A DNA stretch of 64,000 bases, from assembly GCA_965644295.1 (NCBI GenBank), contig CBFFRP010000039.1, positions 62,001-126,000 of the forward strand. Direction: 5' to 3'. How positions within the stretch are numbered: position 1 is the stretch's first letter; each line of letters starts with the position of its first letter. A program made the position numbers and the translations under genes. Under the pieces are notes generated by a model, which saw only the letters and a list, made by a program, of their open reading frames with translations, had not been told where the DNA came from and ran no database searches. Shown here one piece after another: positions 1-13,030 of the stretch. This DNA is from Paraphysomonas bandaiensis (taxonomy: Eukaryota; Protista; Chrysophyceae).

Positions 1-903
1 GGTGGACCACGCAGATAGAGCTGCCAGGAACGCATACACTGTTTAGCATAGGTCGCGTCCGCCACTTTGATTTGGCGGTATAGGTCTGAAAACATAGGAA
101 ACTCTATACAGAGAAAACATAACATATGAGAGAGCTACGAGCACGTATAGTCGTGAAAAGGGTACCTCGCATGAGCAATCGCATTTCGGCCTCCTCTGGA
201 TCACACTCTTCCACTATATTGAGCATTTCTACCACCACCTCACCAGCACACCGCTCCAGGCCTTGTAGAGCATCACGAACAAAATTGCGATCAGCGTAAA
301 TCTCAGAGTTCTCTCTCTTGGCAGCCAATACCGAAGCTTTCTTCAGTCCTGCCTTGATGGCCTAAAGCAAATGCCATGAGTAATATATGGACACTGCATG
401 CTTTATATACTTACAACATTGTCAATATCCCTTAAATCCTTATCTGAAAATGGAAGTCGGCTTTCTGGGTCAGTAAAATCTCCAGAGCAAAGAAGGTAGT
501 CAACTAGAGACTCAACATTGAACTGGGCGCAGGAACCATTTGGCCTCTGAAACGTGTAGATGTGTTTCCCAAGCGGCTCGCGCATAATAGGATCGAAGCT
601 CTCTTTATCCTTATGTGATTTTCGAGCTTTCTTCTTACGGTGAACACAGTCAACATCCGCCTTTTCAACCTCAGCATCATTATGAGATTGTTTGGCTTTA
701 GATCCTCTGGATTCAGCGCGCTGAAGGCGTTCGATATCGAACTGTTCCTGTAATCTGCGGTATAGGGCGCCCTTAGAGAGGGACTTGTAGTCAGGAATCG
801 AAGCCTGTCTAGCTAATCTGTTGAATATAATGAGTTTACGTGTGATACGTCTGGTGTCATACCTGTGAAGGGTTTGAAGGGAAGGGCTCGATCTAGTCTG
901 CAT
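1..903 (-). CDS. Hypothetical protein with a U-box/RING-like 'DPI...L..YL...DP.SR' module; spliced, runs off the window start
   Basis: ORFs 403-903 and 104-328 join through GT-AG introns 362-414 and 104-165, giving ...DIDNV|AIKAGLKK...LLMR|EFPMFSDLYRQ..., open to position 1. Confidence 0.6.
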
Positions 904-1672
904 TATGAGGGCTGATACAGATCAAAAACAGATGACGATGAAGTGAAAACACGTCAGATTAAAGTAACTAACAGTTGGTAAGAAAGTATACACCGGGGAG
1001 AAGTATTAGGTAGGCTAGTGTGTAGTTATTCCCAGGGATAGGTGTGTTCCCAGTGACTAGGAATAGAAGACCTTCTACATGTACATGTACAGCATATATC
1101 ATATGATACACCACACCTACTATACCTCTACGCACCTACCATATACAATATACGCACACAGACACATATGCACCTTCTCTGTCAGTCGATTGTACACTCT
1201 GAAACATCTTCCTCGTTCTGCATGGAACACCTTCATATATCACTCTCACCAGGTACCAAAACCCCTGATTTTTATACCTATTTCTTCTGATATTTGGAAT
1301 AAAAACTGAAAATATATGTTTTTAACATATGACTGTGTATAACTGCTGTAGTCTTTCACAGCAGTCCATATGAAAAGAATAGACTCCGAATGTACACTGA
1401 TTGTACAGCAGCATGATGGATGTTTTTCTGTCGACTCTTATAGCATGAATAAGTGGGGATTTATATAAATATCTCAATAAATTAAGATTAGAGCTATAAA
1501 AAGTCCGAAAATAGGGTTTATGCATAAAGCCTTCATGACCTCCATACATACAACAGAGCGTCCAATGCATGCACACAGATGCATTCATTGCAACAATTGG
1601 ACTGGAATACCTTTGCAAGAAGCTATAACTGTAACTCTGAATGAAATCAACATCTATCTGACCTGTCTGTGA

Positions 1673-3217
1673 ATGTCGTTTCCTACTCTCGAGTCATGTA
1701 TGTCAATAGATCCATCAGCAGCAGATGAGAGGCTGGCTGACTATGTATGTTATTGCTGTTGGTTTGCTCATGGTGCATATGGTCACTTCATGTTCGATGA
1801 GCTGTTCGCTGTGTTAGATACAATGGGACTTGCACTCACAGGATGTATTCAAGTTGATTCACGGGATGTGTCCACTCCATACTGTTTCGTCTATTTGCCG
1901 AACGACAGAACTGCAAGTGATGTCTGTCGTCAGTGTTTCACTATGAAAAAAATTATGCGTCATTGGTGTACACTTGATGGATTAGATACCTGGATACAGG
2001 GAATGACATCTAGTGATCAGAATATCCAACAATGGAGTGATCGCTCCCGGAATCTCAGTATTGACTGCATACAGAAAATCGTTTTCGGCCTTTTCTCCGA
2101 TCCAGTAACTCAAAAGTTCAAGATCGAATGCCATAGGTTTGGGCGCAAGTTTAATGTCACCGAATTTGAATCTTTGGTGGAACAGCTCGTCAAGAGTCTA
2201 AAGGTCGCGTACAGAAATGTTTCGGGAGACTCAACTGATGTTGAATCGATCCCTTTCGTGGTGGACCTGGTGAGCCCTGGGGCTGTTGTGTGTTTTTGGG
2301 AGATGGTGGGACTGGGAGCTGATGGATCGAGCCTCCCTCTAAGCTCACCCGTGCTTTGGGTACATGTGGGATTACTCGTTTACGACAATACGAGGGGAGC
2401 ATCGAAGCTTGTGGATACTTTTCATCTACGCAAGGGAAGGCCCTATTTGGGACCGACTTCCCTAGACTGTCAGCTATCATTTATTATGAGTAACCTTGGC
2501 AATTGCTGCCAAGGAAAGCTTGTTCTAGATCCCTTTGTAGGCACTGCTTCTTTGTTGGTATCTGCAGCTCGCATGGGAGCCACAACGCTTGGAGCAGACA
2601 TTGACAGCCGCGTACTCGCAGGTCGTGGTGGAGTTACTATAGCCGACAATTTTACCGCTTATGGATTGCAGAAGCCTGTTGGTCTGGTTCGATGCAGTCA
2701 GGACAGGCGTGTGTGGCGCACAGGGCCTATATTTGATGCAATACTAACAGATCCACCCTACGGGGTACGGGCAGGTGCTCGTAAGACACCATCTCAAGAA
2801 CATAGAGGCACAAGATCGAGGGCTGGTGGTACGGTGCCTTATTCCACCGTGCAGTGTCTAGATGACCTTCTTGATCTAGCTGCAGAGTCACTATTATTGG
2901 GCGGAAAACTCGTTTTTCTTGCACCTCACACTGCTGATAGATTTGATGATGACATGGAGTACTTTGAACACCCATGTCTGCAGCTGGTTAGTTCAACACT
3001 TGATGGACTCAATGACACAAGGAAACGGAGTAAAAGTGTTCTTAGACGACATCTCATAGTGATGAGAAAGATAGCAGAATGGCAAGGCGAATCGATGAAA
3101 GAGGCTCTTAAACTAGCGCGAAATGAGAGGAACTCTCGCCATGATGGTGATGTCAGAAGTGTAAGAGATATAGGTGCTAAGGTGTTCAAGGACAACTCTC
3201 GTGCTGTGGAGTTGTAG
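1673..3217 (+). CDS. TRM11: tRNA (guanine-10-N2)-methyltransferase Trm11-like
   Basis: 514-aa ORF with RPYLGPTSLD, LDPFVGTASLL (SAM motif I), GADID and DPPYGVR motifs after a THUMP-like region. Confidence 0.85.
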   Translation: MSFPTLESCMSIDPSAADERLADYVCYCCWFAHGAYGHFMFDELFAVLDTMGLALTGCIQVDSRDVSTPYCFVYLPNDRTASDVCRQCFTMKKIMRHWCTLDGLDTWIQGMTSSDQNIQQWSDRSRNLSIDCIQKIVFGLFSDPVTQKFKIECHRFGRKFNVTEFESLVEQLVKSLKVAYRNVSGDSTDVESIPFVVDLVSPGAVVCFWEMVGLGADGSSLPLSSPVLWVHVGLLVYDNTRGASKLVDTFHLRKGRPYLGPTSLDCQLSFIMSNLGNCCQGKLVLDPFVGTASLLVSAARMGATTLGADIDSRVLAGRGGVTIADNFTAYGLQKPVGLVRCSQDRRVWRTGPIFDAILTDPPYGVRAGARKTPSQEHRGTRSRAGGTVPYSTVQCLDDLLDLAAESLLLGGKLVFLAPHTADRFDDDMEYFEHPCLQLVSSTLDGLNDTRKRSKSVLRRHLIVMRKIAEWQGESMKEALKLARNERNSRHDGDVRSVRDIGAKVFKDNSRAVEL

Positions 3218-3607
3218 GGATTAATATATACAACAGAACGCAGTATGACTTGATTATATGTATTTTGTATTCAATACTACTATATATATAAGAATACATT
3301 AATTGAAAAGAATGTTACTTTATTTCTAATTAGCCACACTTTTTTATGTATGATACTTGGCAATTTAGATACTTAGTTGAATAAATTGTAATAGATACAC
3401 GTTATGTATTACATGTGTGATTTGTTTTGTGAAACCTATATTTTTTCGAGCAAACAGTGCGGCCGCTCTGGATGGGCAGCAGGTAACAGAGCACGTAAAT
3501 TATAGATAGATGTTCATTTCCCACAGTTCTTGTCATTCCCAGATAAGATACTGCCTGTCAATGGAGTGAAAAGTTGGCTTACCTGTATAACAACAGTTTA
3601 CTACACT

Positions 3608-4167
3608 CCCTCTTGGCAAAGTCGGACTTGCACTTATTCGTGGCGTTCTGAGCGATAAGTACAGGACATATCTCCGGGAAACTAACGTGAGACGTGAGGC
3701 ACATATATATATAGTCAGTAGATAACATTCTGCCCACTCATAGCCAAAGGGACATTCTGCTTGTGTGGTACAAGGGACTTAAATAGTGGTAATAGTGTCA
3801 CTTGTGTACACGTCTTTGGGCCCTGAGGAATAAACACGCATCCGGGAATGGGCCCGCCTTTAGGGTAACTGGGGTATTGGGCTGCCTGCTGAATTCGAGC
3901 TCCCGGGATGAGTTCACCTTAAGGACTCAGAAATTCTAAAGTCAGCATATGTCAGGTGTATGTCTCTAAGCTTTTGGTTTGTCTCTAAGTTTGCTTTGAG
4001 TGATTGATAGCGGGGATGGTTGCGCCTTTTGGTGCTTGCGGCAACGCACAAATAGTTCTCGTGGCATTAAAGAGTAGAATATTAGCAATAGTATTATATA
4101 TATTAGATTATTTCAACTTAGTAGCTCCTTGCTTACTCGTCTACTACTACTAATAAGACATTCAATA
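3608..4167 (+). mobile_element. Ribozyme-headed SINE-like retroposon, copy A (degenerate, long subfamily)
   Basis: Aligns by eye to 48994-49508 (reverse complement) from CCCTC..AAAGTCGGAC to AGACATTCAATA; a further inverted 3' fragment lies at about 4375-4510. Confidence 0.8.
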
Positions 4168-4749
4168 TATACTCTACACTGTACAGCAAATCGAATGGTA
4201 CCTTGGAGTAGTGGACTAGTGTGTGTAATAAAGGAAATAGGTAACAAGAAACGTGTCCAAGCTGTATAGTAGTGTCGTCTGTGGTACTATAGCAGAGGTT
4301 GTAGAATTACAGTGAGTGAGTGATGTCACAGAGAACTTCATAGAAAAAACAAGCTAGTGGTAAATGGCTGTTTATTTAGCAATAGGCGTTCAGGAGTCAG
4401 AACCAGGTTAGTAGCTAGACTAGTTAGCATATCTACCATTTACTAACTAGTGCAAACTCTGATATCCTACTATTCAACGCAACGACAATTGTTTTCGGTG
4501 CAACCGTTCTTGCTATATTCATAGATTTGTATATGTAAGGTACGTTGTACAATGTACAGCATCATGACAAGAGGAAGCAGTGATCTACGTCTACTATATA
4601 CTACGCTTTTTTAAGACTACAAATACATTTTGAGCAATTTGCATCGGGGACTTCGTTATGTGCCTTACAACAGGAACCAGGGGATGCAGCAATATACCCT
4701 TCTGAGTTTGGCAATTTGGTGGCCTTCCCTTAGGCGTTGTGCCAAGTGT

Positions 4750-4962
4750 GTTAGAAACTGACATTTCTACTTGATAAACACTTATATGGAATATTATATA
4801 ATTATAAGAGATACCATACTTCATTCATTGTCGTTCACCAACTCTTTTTATCTCTACTACACCAACCATTTCTAGTACGATCTCACATCATCATTATCCT
4901 GTTCAGTCAGTATATTTCAGTTTCATTACTCAACTTTTAATTGCTCACAAACAGCAAAACTA
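4750..4962. repeat. Second dispersed repeat family, copy 1
   Basis: About 200 bp near-identical to 25635-25950 (AATATTATATAATTATAAGAGATACCATACTTCATTCATTG...CACAAACAGCAAAACT). Confidence 0.75.
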
Positions 4963-5724
4963 AACAAAAAAGTGGCTCTGAGGTAAGTGGATGAAGGTCT
5001 TGCATAATGTTTTGATCTACTGTGGAGAAGCGTCGATATCTTTTTCTATCTTAGCCAGTAGCAGAGAACACCAACAGTGAGATACGAAGGGTCTCAGGTC
5101 TCTGGTATGTCCAGCAACAGGGAGTCGAGTGGGAGTGTGATGGTACAAGAGAAGCAATATCTGATAGAGAGGCAACAGAACAAATAACAAGGGTAACCAA
5201 GGTCGAGTACTCTGATAGATCTATGTTACGAGACGAGTAAAAATGTAAGAAGATACTCGAAATACAAGGTGTTGGAGATTGATGTGTTTCCACAATCACA
5301 GTGCTACAACATCATAATTTCTCTATCTCTCTGTTAACGTAATTCAGTCAGTACTGTGATACTACAAGAATAATTTAATAAAAAATAGGGGAAATTATCT
5401 CCTGCTAGGCGCCACTCTGTATAGCGTTGATATTTCACATCAACTTTCCATTGACATAAATTGATACAACCCAACAAGATATTCAACAGCTTCAATGCCC
5501 ACAAGCACGAAGCACTATTGGCTTATATACAACGAGAAACTATTGCGATAACACCAACTATTCTACTATGCAATGGAATTTATAATTTAGCGTTACAGAG
5601 AGATATTGCTTTGAATTTCAGCAGTCTGGTTATTTACTGTAGAGACTGCACGCCTCCGTCCTATTTTGCAATGAATAATACTAGTCTCAGTTTGCTATAT
5701 ATATTACACTACTCTTTCCCCCGG

Positions 5725-8700
5725 TTATGATTTCGCCTCAGTTCTCCTCTGATGTGTTTCTCTATTATTATCTGGGAGACTTTTCATCACTGGAAGCTTC
5801 GCTTGTAGACGCCACATTGAGCTCCTCGACTCGGTCGCCACTGCAACGGATTCCTATATTTTTACATATGAGCTATAATACTGTACAAACAATCAAGCGA
5901 CCTGAACGTTAAGAACCCCATGGCCCCAACTTTCTGGAACAATTAGTACATCACCTGCTGTGTTGTAAGAGATGTGTTCAAAAGTAGTGTTGACACTACC
6001 TGCTGTCTGTACACATGTTAAAGGTTTGATGCCTCTCGCTTCAAAGCTCTTCAAATCTGATTCGATGTATTCCAATATCTGCATATTGCTCATAATCATA
6101 TCATGCGGCGGATAGAGGAACCACTTTTTCGCTCCGTACATCATTGCGTTCCTGTATAGCATATCAAATAAAACGACATATCCCTTCATGATATTACCAT
6201 GCGGTATTGTGGTGGTGAACAGGAGCACCTGTTCCTTCACCACCCAGGGCCCATTGCGCATTAACGAAGTTTTTCCTGCGTGACTCTACTTTTTTATCTT
6301 GCTCGAATCTAAACGTTGTCATGTAGTTTCTTCCCATGTTTACATAATGCATTGCCTCAGCAATGGTCGGAGGAGTTGGCACACGATTATACGCCACTAG
6401 TGAACTATCAGGGGGGGCATTACGGAGAGGAGTCCCTTGAAATACATACCAGGGATGTGGACCACCCGTAATGTTATGTGCACGCATTTCATTTATATAC
6501 TGCGCCAATGGCATTCTTGTCATACCATCTCCACCGAATTTCGTACTATAAGGTATTGAGCTCACTTGCACAGTCTCATCCCCGTGCACATTTCGAAGGT
6601 TCTCCACATTGTATGCTTCTACTGCTGGCCAATCGTCAACTAGTCCTCGAATGAGAATAGGGGCCGAACGTGCGAGATAGGTTTCAAATATTTCTTTTCC
6701 AGAAATCTCATGGGCCCAATACTGATCCACATCACATTGCATATCATCCTCGTAGCCTGGCAGTCGCTCCACGCCATATCCTCCATCTCCAGCTGGCCAG
6801 AACTCTTTTCTGAGCTCAGGATGGATAACTCGACCAATCCCTCTTACAGAACGCTGGGTTATATTAAAATGCTTCAGCGCATCTGATGGAGAAATCACTC
6901 CAGGGTTCGATATTACATCAAAGGGTCGAACAGTGTGAACGTCTCGGATGTACATATCCCCACCATGTTGTACCAACAGAGAAGCAACAGCGACGTGACC
7001 ATATACCGATGCGTAGTGCAGAGGAGTTTTCCCCTGCTGATTTTGGGCATTAGGGTTGGCTCCATGTTGTAGAAGAAGATGCACAAGACCCACTAGACCG
7101 CCTGCATAACAATATGACGTACACAAAGACTTATAAATAAACGAAAGTTAAATATGCACTTACCCAAACTGGCATAGTGCAAGGGTGTATCCATCTCTGT
7201 GTTTACACCATTAATATCAGCGCCAGCTCTCTGTAACCACTTAAATGTGCCTTCTATCCTTGTGGCAAGAGCATCTTTGATATCCTGGGACCTCACAGAC
7301 TTCATGTGGAGCGCAAGCGGTGGATCAAGTAGGTCTGAAACCCAAGACTTACGGCCTTTTAAAAGGTTAAACACGTGCGATCTTGATGTCGCCTCTCCAA
7401 ACAGATACACATTCGCCAAACAATGAAGTGGCGAATTATTGAGATTTCTTTCATCTACTCGCGAGGCAGATAACCCGACATCATATAACAAGTACTCCAG
7501 AGCAGCATAGTCCATGCCCAAAGAAGCAGCGCATATTTGCAAAGACGCATTTTGGGGCGTCGTTGGCTTACCCCTTACCACCAGGTGCCTAACAAACTCA
7601 TTAAACTCTGCATTTTCTGCCCGTGGAAGTCCCACCAAGTCGAGGGATCCAGGGTGTAAGTCAAGAGGTTGGAGATTGTCTTCTTCTTTCGACGCTAGCT
7701 CTGCAGCACCGCGAAGTCGCGATTTAGATTTTGGTCTTCGTTCTTCATTAGCGGTATCGTCAATGTCAAAAATAGGGCGGTCTCGAAGGCGGCCTGGGCC
7801 ATGCTGATCTAGCACACTGTGTTCCACTTCACTGTAGTTGCGTAACACCTGCTCCTTCTGCAATACCTTTGTCGTTCTATTTCTGTCAACTGCAGAGATA
7901 TATTTACACGCAATCCTGGCATACACTGAACTTACTTTGTTCTGAACCTTCCCATAAAAAACCCTTATCCTGCAAAACTGTAGCCAATAAAGTGTTATAT
8001 GGTCGGTAAAACTCCCGTAACATGTGGTCCGTCTTCGCCAGCATCGTGTCACGCTTGTTGTGATGCTGATTCGCAATTCGATCTCCTAAAATCTTCTCCC
8101 ATCCAGTCGTCGGCAAAGGCAAATTAAGAAATCGGAAAATTTTTTCCATGTACCCTTGAGGATCAGTCGCATAATCCTCTAATCTTACCACAAGGAATTG
8201 ATCAGGTGAGAAGTGCTCCAGCCATTTCTCTAGGAACAGCACATACAAGCCTATACCCAGTCTACCGTGACCAGCTTTGCCGAATCTGTACCTGTCATGG
8301 GCGCATTCTTGAGATGCCCGAAACCAATTCCCCTTTAGCCCTTCGGTCCCGGCAGGCAGTGCACTAGCCACACACTCTTGAAATGCAATCACCTGCTCGG
8401 TAGCACGAACATGAAATTCCTCTGCGCTCTTCGATGTGGGGACATCAGGACGATATCTGGCCACACGACGATCATCATTGAGAAAATAGTAGTCAGAGTA
8501 CATGCGGTGAACTGGGTCGGTCAATGTGATCAAAAATCGAGCGTCAGGCTGTACCTCTCGAAGAATCTGAGCCGGGGGAATATCCATTGGCCGTAAAGAG
8601 CCGTCAGGACTTTGAGTAGGCCACCAAAGGGTGTGCGGACCCCCGTCCAAAGTTATGCCGTTCAGTGGGTCCCGCTCAATGGCAACTGCAGCCTTGACAA

Positions 8701-9704
8701 AAGCAGAAGTGAAGTCATAGATAGAGGTGCTGCTGTCAATGATATCTTTGGAGCTCAGTGTCGTTCTAAACTCACCGCGAGTGAAAAAGCGAATCTACAA
8801 AAGTCATGACATTCATGCAGTCTGTAGGCAAAATAATAACTACCTCCTTCTTAAGCGGTGGGTAGACATCTGGGTGTCTTGACACTCTAGTGTAGAGGTC
8901 AGAGCTACCACACTTGGGCTGCCCTAATATATACACATACGGCAAGCAGTGCAATATATTATTTTCCCCCTGCTCATGTTCTTTCTCTTGTTCATTATCT
9001 CCACGACCGCCGCGCATCGATTTTTGGTCACTCCCTCTACTGTGAATTCTCTCCTTCGATCGCCAGCAAGGGTTCTTTAACCCTGCCTCCCATCCATCAG
9101 AAGGAAGTTCACTAAATATACCAGAGAGTACTTGCCGCACTTCAGCCGGAGTTCTATACTTTAAATCAGGGTAGCTGGAGTTCGGAAGATCATCCAATAT
9201 TTCACGAATGAGCGCAAGAGTTAAGACTCTTTCATCTCTGTTTTCAATAACTTCATTCAAATGTGTTGAGTTGAGTATTTTAAGGGCAGCTGGCAAATGT
9301 GTTAGTCGAACTGGTGACGTGACTCTGTTGCTATTAACAATCGAAAACACCGAATTATTAGTTGCAAATCTCTTGAGTCCAATCGACTCAACAAACCCTC
9401 CAATATCAACATCAGATGGATCGTATAGTTTCACTCTATTCGATATGTCGTTCAACCAGACGTCATTCGAATGATTCTGCTGCCAGAAGTCACTCTTCAA
9501 AACACCCCAAAACACACACATCTGAACGATAAAGAGTGTAACGACTAACACTGTGAGAGGCTTACGAACATAATGACGTATAAGCAGTTCAATAAGAATG
9601 AGAGGGAGGAGCAGCAGGCCAGTGAGAGATCCTCGATAGAGCAAATAGAATGAACATAAACACAGAGTGCACTGCAGACACCGATACACACTACTCAGCT
9701 TCAT
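5725..9704 (-). CDS. Fusion protein (~1227 aa): N-terminal TM, CHST15/HS3ST-type sulfotransferase, ankyrin repeats, JmjC (JMJD8-like) domain
   Basis: Six phase-compatible GT-AG introns (8795-8843, 7890-7935, 7102-7163, 6152-6197, 5955-5999, 5854-5901) give 3684 nt in frame. Motifs ILGQPKCGSS, KE|IRFF, DPVHRMYSDY, TPLHYA x2, GAPVHHH, KKWFLYPP, PESWGHGVLN. Confidence 0.8.
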
Positions 9705-9908
9705 ACTGATAGATTGATATTACTGCATGACTGGAAGGAGAGAAGGGAGATGGAGGTAGGGCATGAGTTCATGCAAGAGGGTGTCGAGGAGACTCGTGAT
9801 AGCATACAAACATACATACATGCCCAGAACCTCAAACACAAACACAATCCTGTCGCAATAACACTCAGAATACAGCAGTATACCGCTCACTGTACTGTGT
9901 ATATATGG

Positions 9909-9909
<1 letters not shown>

Positions 9910-9940
<31 letters not shown>

Positions 9941-10308
9941 TGTATGTATGTATGTATGTATGTATGTATGTATGTATGTATGTATGTATGTATGTATGTA
10001 TGTATGTATGTATGTGTATGTATGTATGTATGTATGTATGTATGTATGTATGTATGTATGTATGTATGTATGTAGGTATGTATGTAGGTAGGTATGTATG
10101 TATGTATGTATGTATGTATGTATGTATGTATGTATGTATGTATGTATGTATGTATGTATGTATGTATGTGTATGTATGTATGTATGTATGTATGTATGTA
10201 TGTATGTATGTATGTATGTAGGTATGTATGTAGGTAGGTATGTATGTATGTATGTATGTATGTATGTATGTATGTATCTAGGTAGGTAGGTAGGTAGGTA
10301 GGTAGGTA
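9910..10308 (+). repeat. (TATG)n microsatellite with TAGG variants
   Basis: About 400 bp of TATG tetramers ending in (TAGG)n. Confidence 0.98.
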
Positions 10309-10364
10309 CATTTGTGTATGTGGTAGTTGGGTTGTTGTTAATATTTTGTATCTTTAGGTCTGGC

Positions 10365-10974
10365 ATGTCACTGGAAAAAGATATCGCTCCTCACCATGTC
10401 CCAGTGGTTCAAGGATATGCAGTTGAGATACAGTCATCTGCTCCAGGTATGGGATGCGGTTGAATGCAGTGTATTTGGTTGTGTAACGAGTCTGTATGTA
10501 TCAGTTGCTCAGGTAGTCAGTGCAGCACCTGCGACTGCACCTGCTGCTCCTCCACCGCCCTATGCCCCTCATACACATACCCCTCCTGCTCCATTAAGAA
10601 ACGGAACCGTACATGTGGAGTATCTGCCTATGGGTTGCTGTGCGGAGTGTTGGGCGTGCTGTGCATGTTGTTGGGTGTTGCCTCAGCCACAGCCCCAGAG
10701 CTCAGCCAAGTTCACTATCTCTATTGACAATCAAGAGATAAGTACTCTATACCAAGGACAGTCAATGAACTACAGTGTTGCTCCAGGACAACACACAGTG
10801 CGTGTTCTTCATGCTGGTGCATCAGGTTTTTTTAGAGGTATTGTTGGGAACAAGGAGGCCGCCATGTCAACTATCAATGTTGCACCAGGCGAAACACAAA
10901 CTTATCATATTGGATATCGCCTACCGAAATGCGCCAGCAAGCAGAAGAAGTATCTGGTCTTTGAAAAGGTGTGA
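10365..10974 (+). CDS. Small Pro/Cys-rich protein (PPPPY motif, CC..CW.CC.CCW cluster, C-terminal beta-sandwich)
   Basis: ATG at 10365; intron 10447-10504 (GTATGG...TCAG) is phase-compatible with ORF 10396-10974. Confidence 0.6.
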
Positions 10975-11540
10975 ATGGTGACGATACTCGGTGCGATATC
11001 GTAGCAGCTGAGATTTTGGTGTTAAGACGAAATCTACCAATACTTTAGAGAAAAGATGATTTTTAAATTGAAAATGATAAAATATGTAGACAAGCTTCCT
11101 TGAATGGAATGAACTCGTAATCTATAGAGTCCGTAAGATGCTTAATATAAAGATTAATTTCTCCTGAATTAAATGTAGTCATTGAATTGAATCTGTGGAC
11201 TACGTACGTATTGTTCACCTTAACCCGCCCTCAGGTCATGCTTCAGTAGAGTTTTTGGAGATTGTGCTATGTTGGTGTAACAAATGGCAGTAACTTACTG
11301 ATCCCAAAATAGGATTGCCTGTGTTGATGACGTAGTTTGAATATGCAATTAGAACTGTAGAAGGTAGAAGCCACGGTTTACAACTGACAATTAAATTGAT
11401 AAGAGTTCCCACTTCAGTAAGATCAAACTAATTGCAATTGTAAATGTAAATATATTTAACTATGCAATATGCTGTTCTCTATTCCTTGTCTACTCTAATA
11501 AGCTTCCTAAATTACTTCTACATAAATAAGATTCTATAAC

Positions 11541-12747
11541 CAATTGCGTATCAATTGTTATATACATATAAATCGATTTTCAATTAATTGTAATAATTAA
11601 AACTGGGACATCGAATCATAGTTATAATTGACTCAATGAATTGACTAAACGGCTATTTTTATTTCGAAAATCCAATTTTTACGAGAAAAATCGAAGATTG
11701 ATGGAAGACTATAATATCCATCGGATTATCATACATAATAATTCTCTTAATTATTTGGCGATATGAGCGATAAACTGGGACCAGAAGTTATTGCACGAGT
11801 TTTATTTGAGAAAATAAATGATAATGAAGAGGTTGCAATTGAGACTTGGCAATTCCCAAAATACCCTGTAGTAAAGGTGTTCTCAAACGAAAAAACGTTT
11901 TGGGTGGAGCATCATGCTATCAAGCACCAGGGGTGGAAAGATAAAGTTTTGGCTGCCAGCGAGGTGGTGGTCGATGGATAAATATGTCGAGGGAATGCGT
12001 CTCACTGATTGGAGTGGGTGAAAGAATCTTCCTTTTTATTTCGTGAAAGAACCATTGACACGACAGAACACCAGGTTGAGTAATATTTTGAGATCAACAT
12101 TGATGAGGTATATATGGAAGTCTTGAACTTAGAGGTCAAATGTAAGATCAATGCAATGCTTCCAATGCATTTCGGTTTGATAGTTGATTAGCACCATGGT
12201 GCTCGCAGCGATGCACAAGCAGTCCCGAGACGGTTGCCCGCCACTAGTAGTATATAGCAAATCTAGTTATTAGCTAGTCTATAGACATAAACTAGTTTCT
12301 GTACGCAACCGTACTCATGTAATAATCAGACTTTAATATAGATAGTTGATTAGATGAACGTGCAGCAAGGAACGTTGAAGGATGATGGCAGTGACAGTCT
12401 AGTTCAGAATGACGACACAGCGCAACGTTAGATTGATGGTAGCAGGTAGCAAACTCGTTACCACAGCATGAAGCACTTGCATATCACAACAAATAAGGTT
12501 GAAAGGTTGTTCAGTAGAGCTAAGATTGTTGTGATTGATTTGCATTTAGAATTACTTATGTTATTACGCATGAGCCGTCGCCTCTGGAATGAAATGACAG
12601 TTGAAGTAGCTATATTGGCAGGTTATGTAGTTTAGTACTAAATAATTGCAATTGCAATTAATTGCAATAATTGATATTGAGACAGCAAGTAATAATTGCA
12701 ATTATAATTGACTACTACCTGCGTCAATTAATTTATACGCAGCCCTG
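11541..12747 (+). mobile_element. Degenerate hAT DNA transposon derivative
   Basis: Right TIR ...TATACGCAGCCCTG at 12747; degenerate BED-finger ORF 11763-11981; C-terminal 'NKVERLFSRAK' dimerisation remnant; homologous to 54647-57117; holds a SINE 3' fragment at about 12196-12338. Confidence 0.75.
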
Positions 12748-13030
12748 CAAATTATCCACAGTACAATACAAATACTATTTATTTTCACACCGGAAAACTC
12801 TACGTACGTAGTGTGATATTACATCTATCAAAAAAGAAACTGGCTATATATATGTGAGCCCAGGGTTCTAATATTCAATTTCAAAATCATCATAAGATTT
12901 TTATGCTAACACACCAAGCATAGTATCATATTATTAATACACTTAATGGCACATCGATCCATTCAAAAAAGAGAATAAGAAACAAACGACCACGCTAGTC
13001 AGGCATGCAAATACTCGAAATACTGTACAA

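Noticed and set aside
9714-10366. ORFs of MYVC/YIHT repeats
   Set aside because: Artefacts of the stop-free TATG microsatellite
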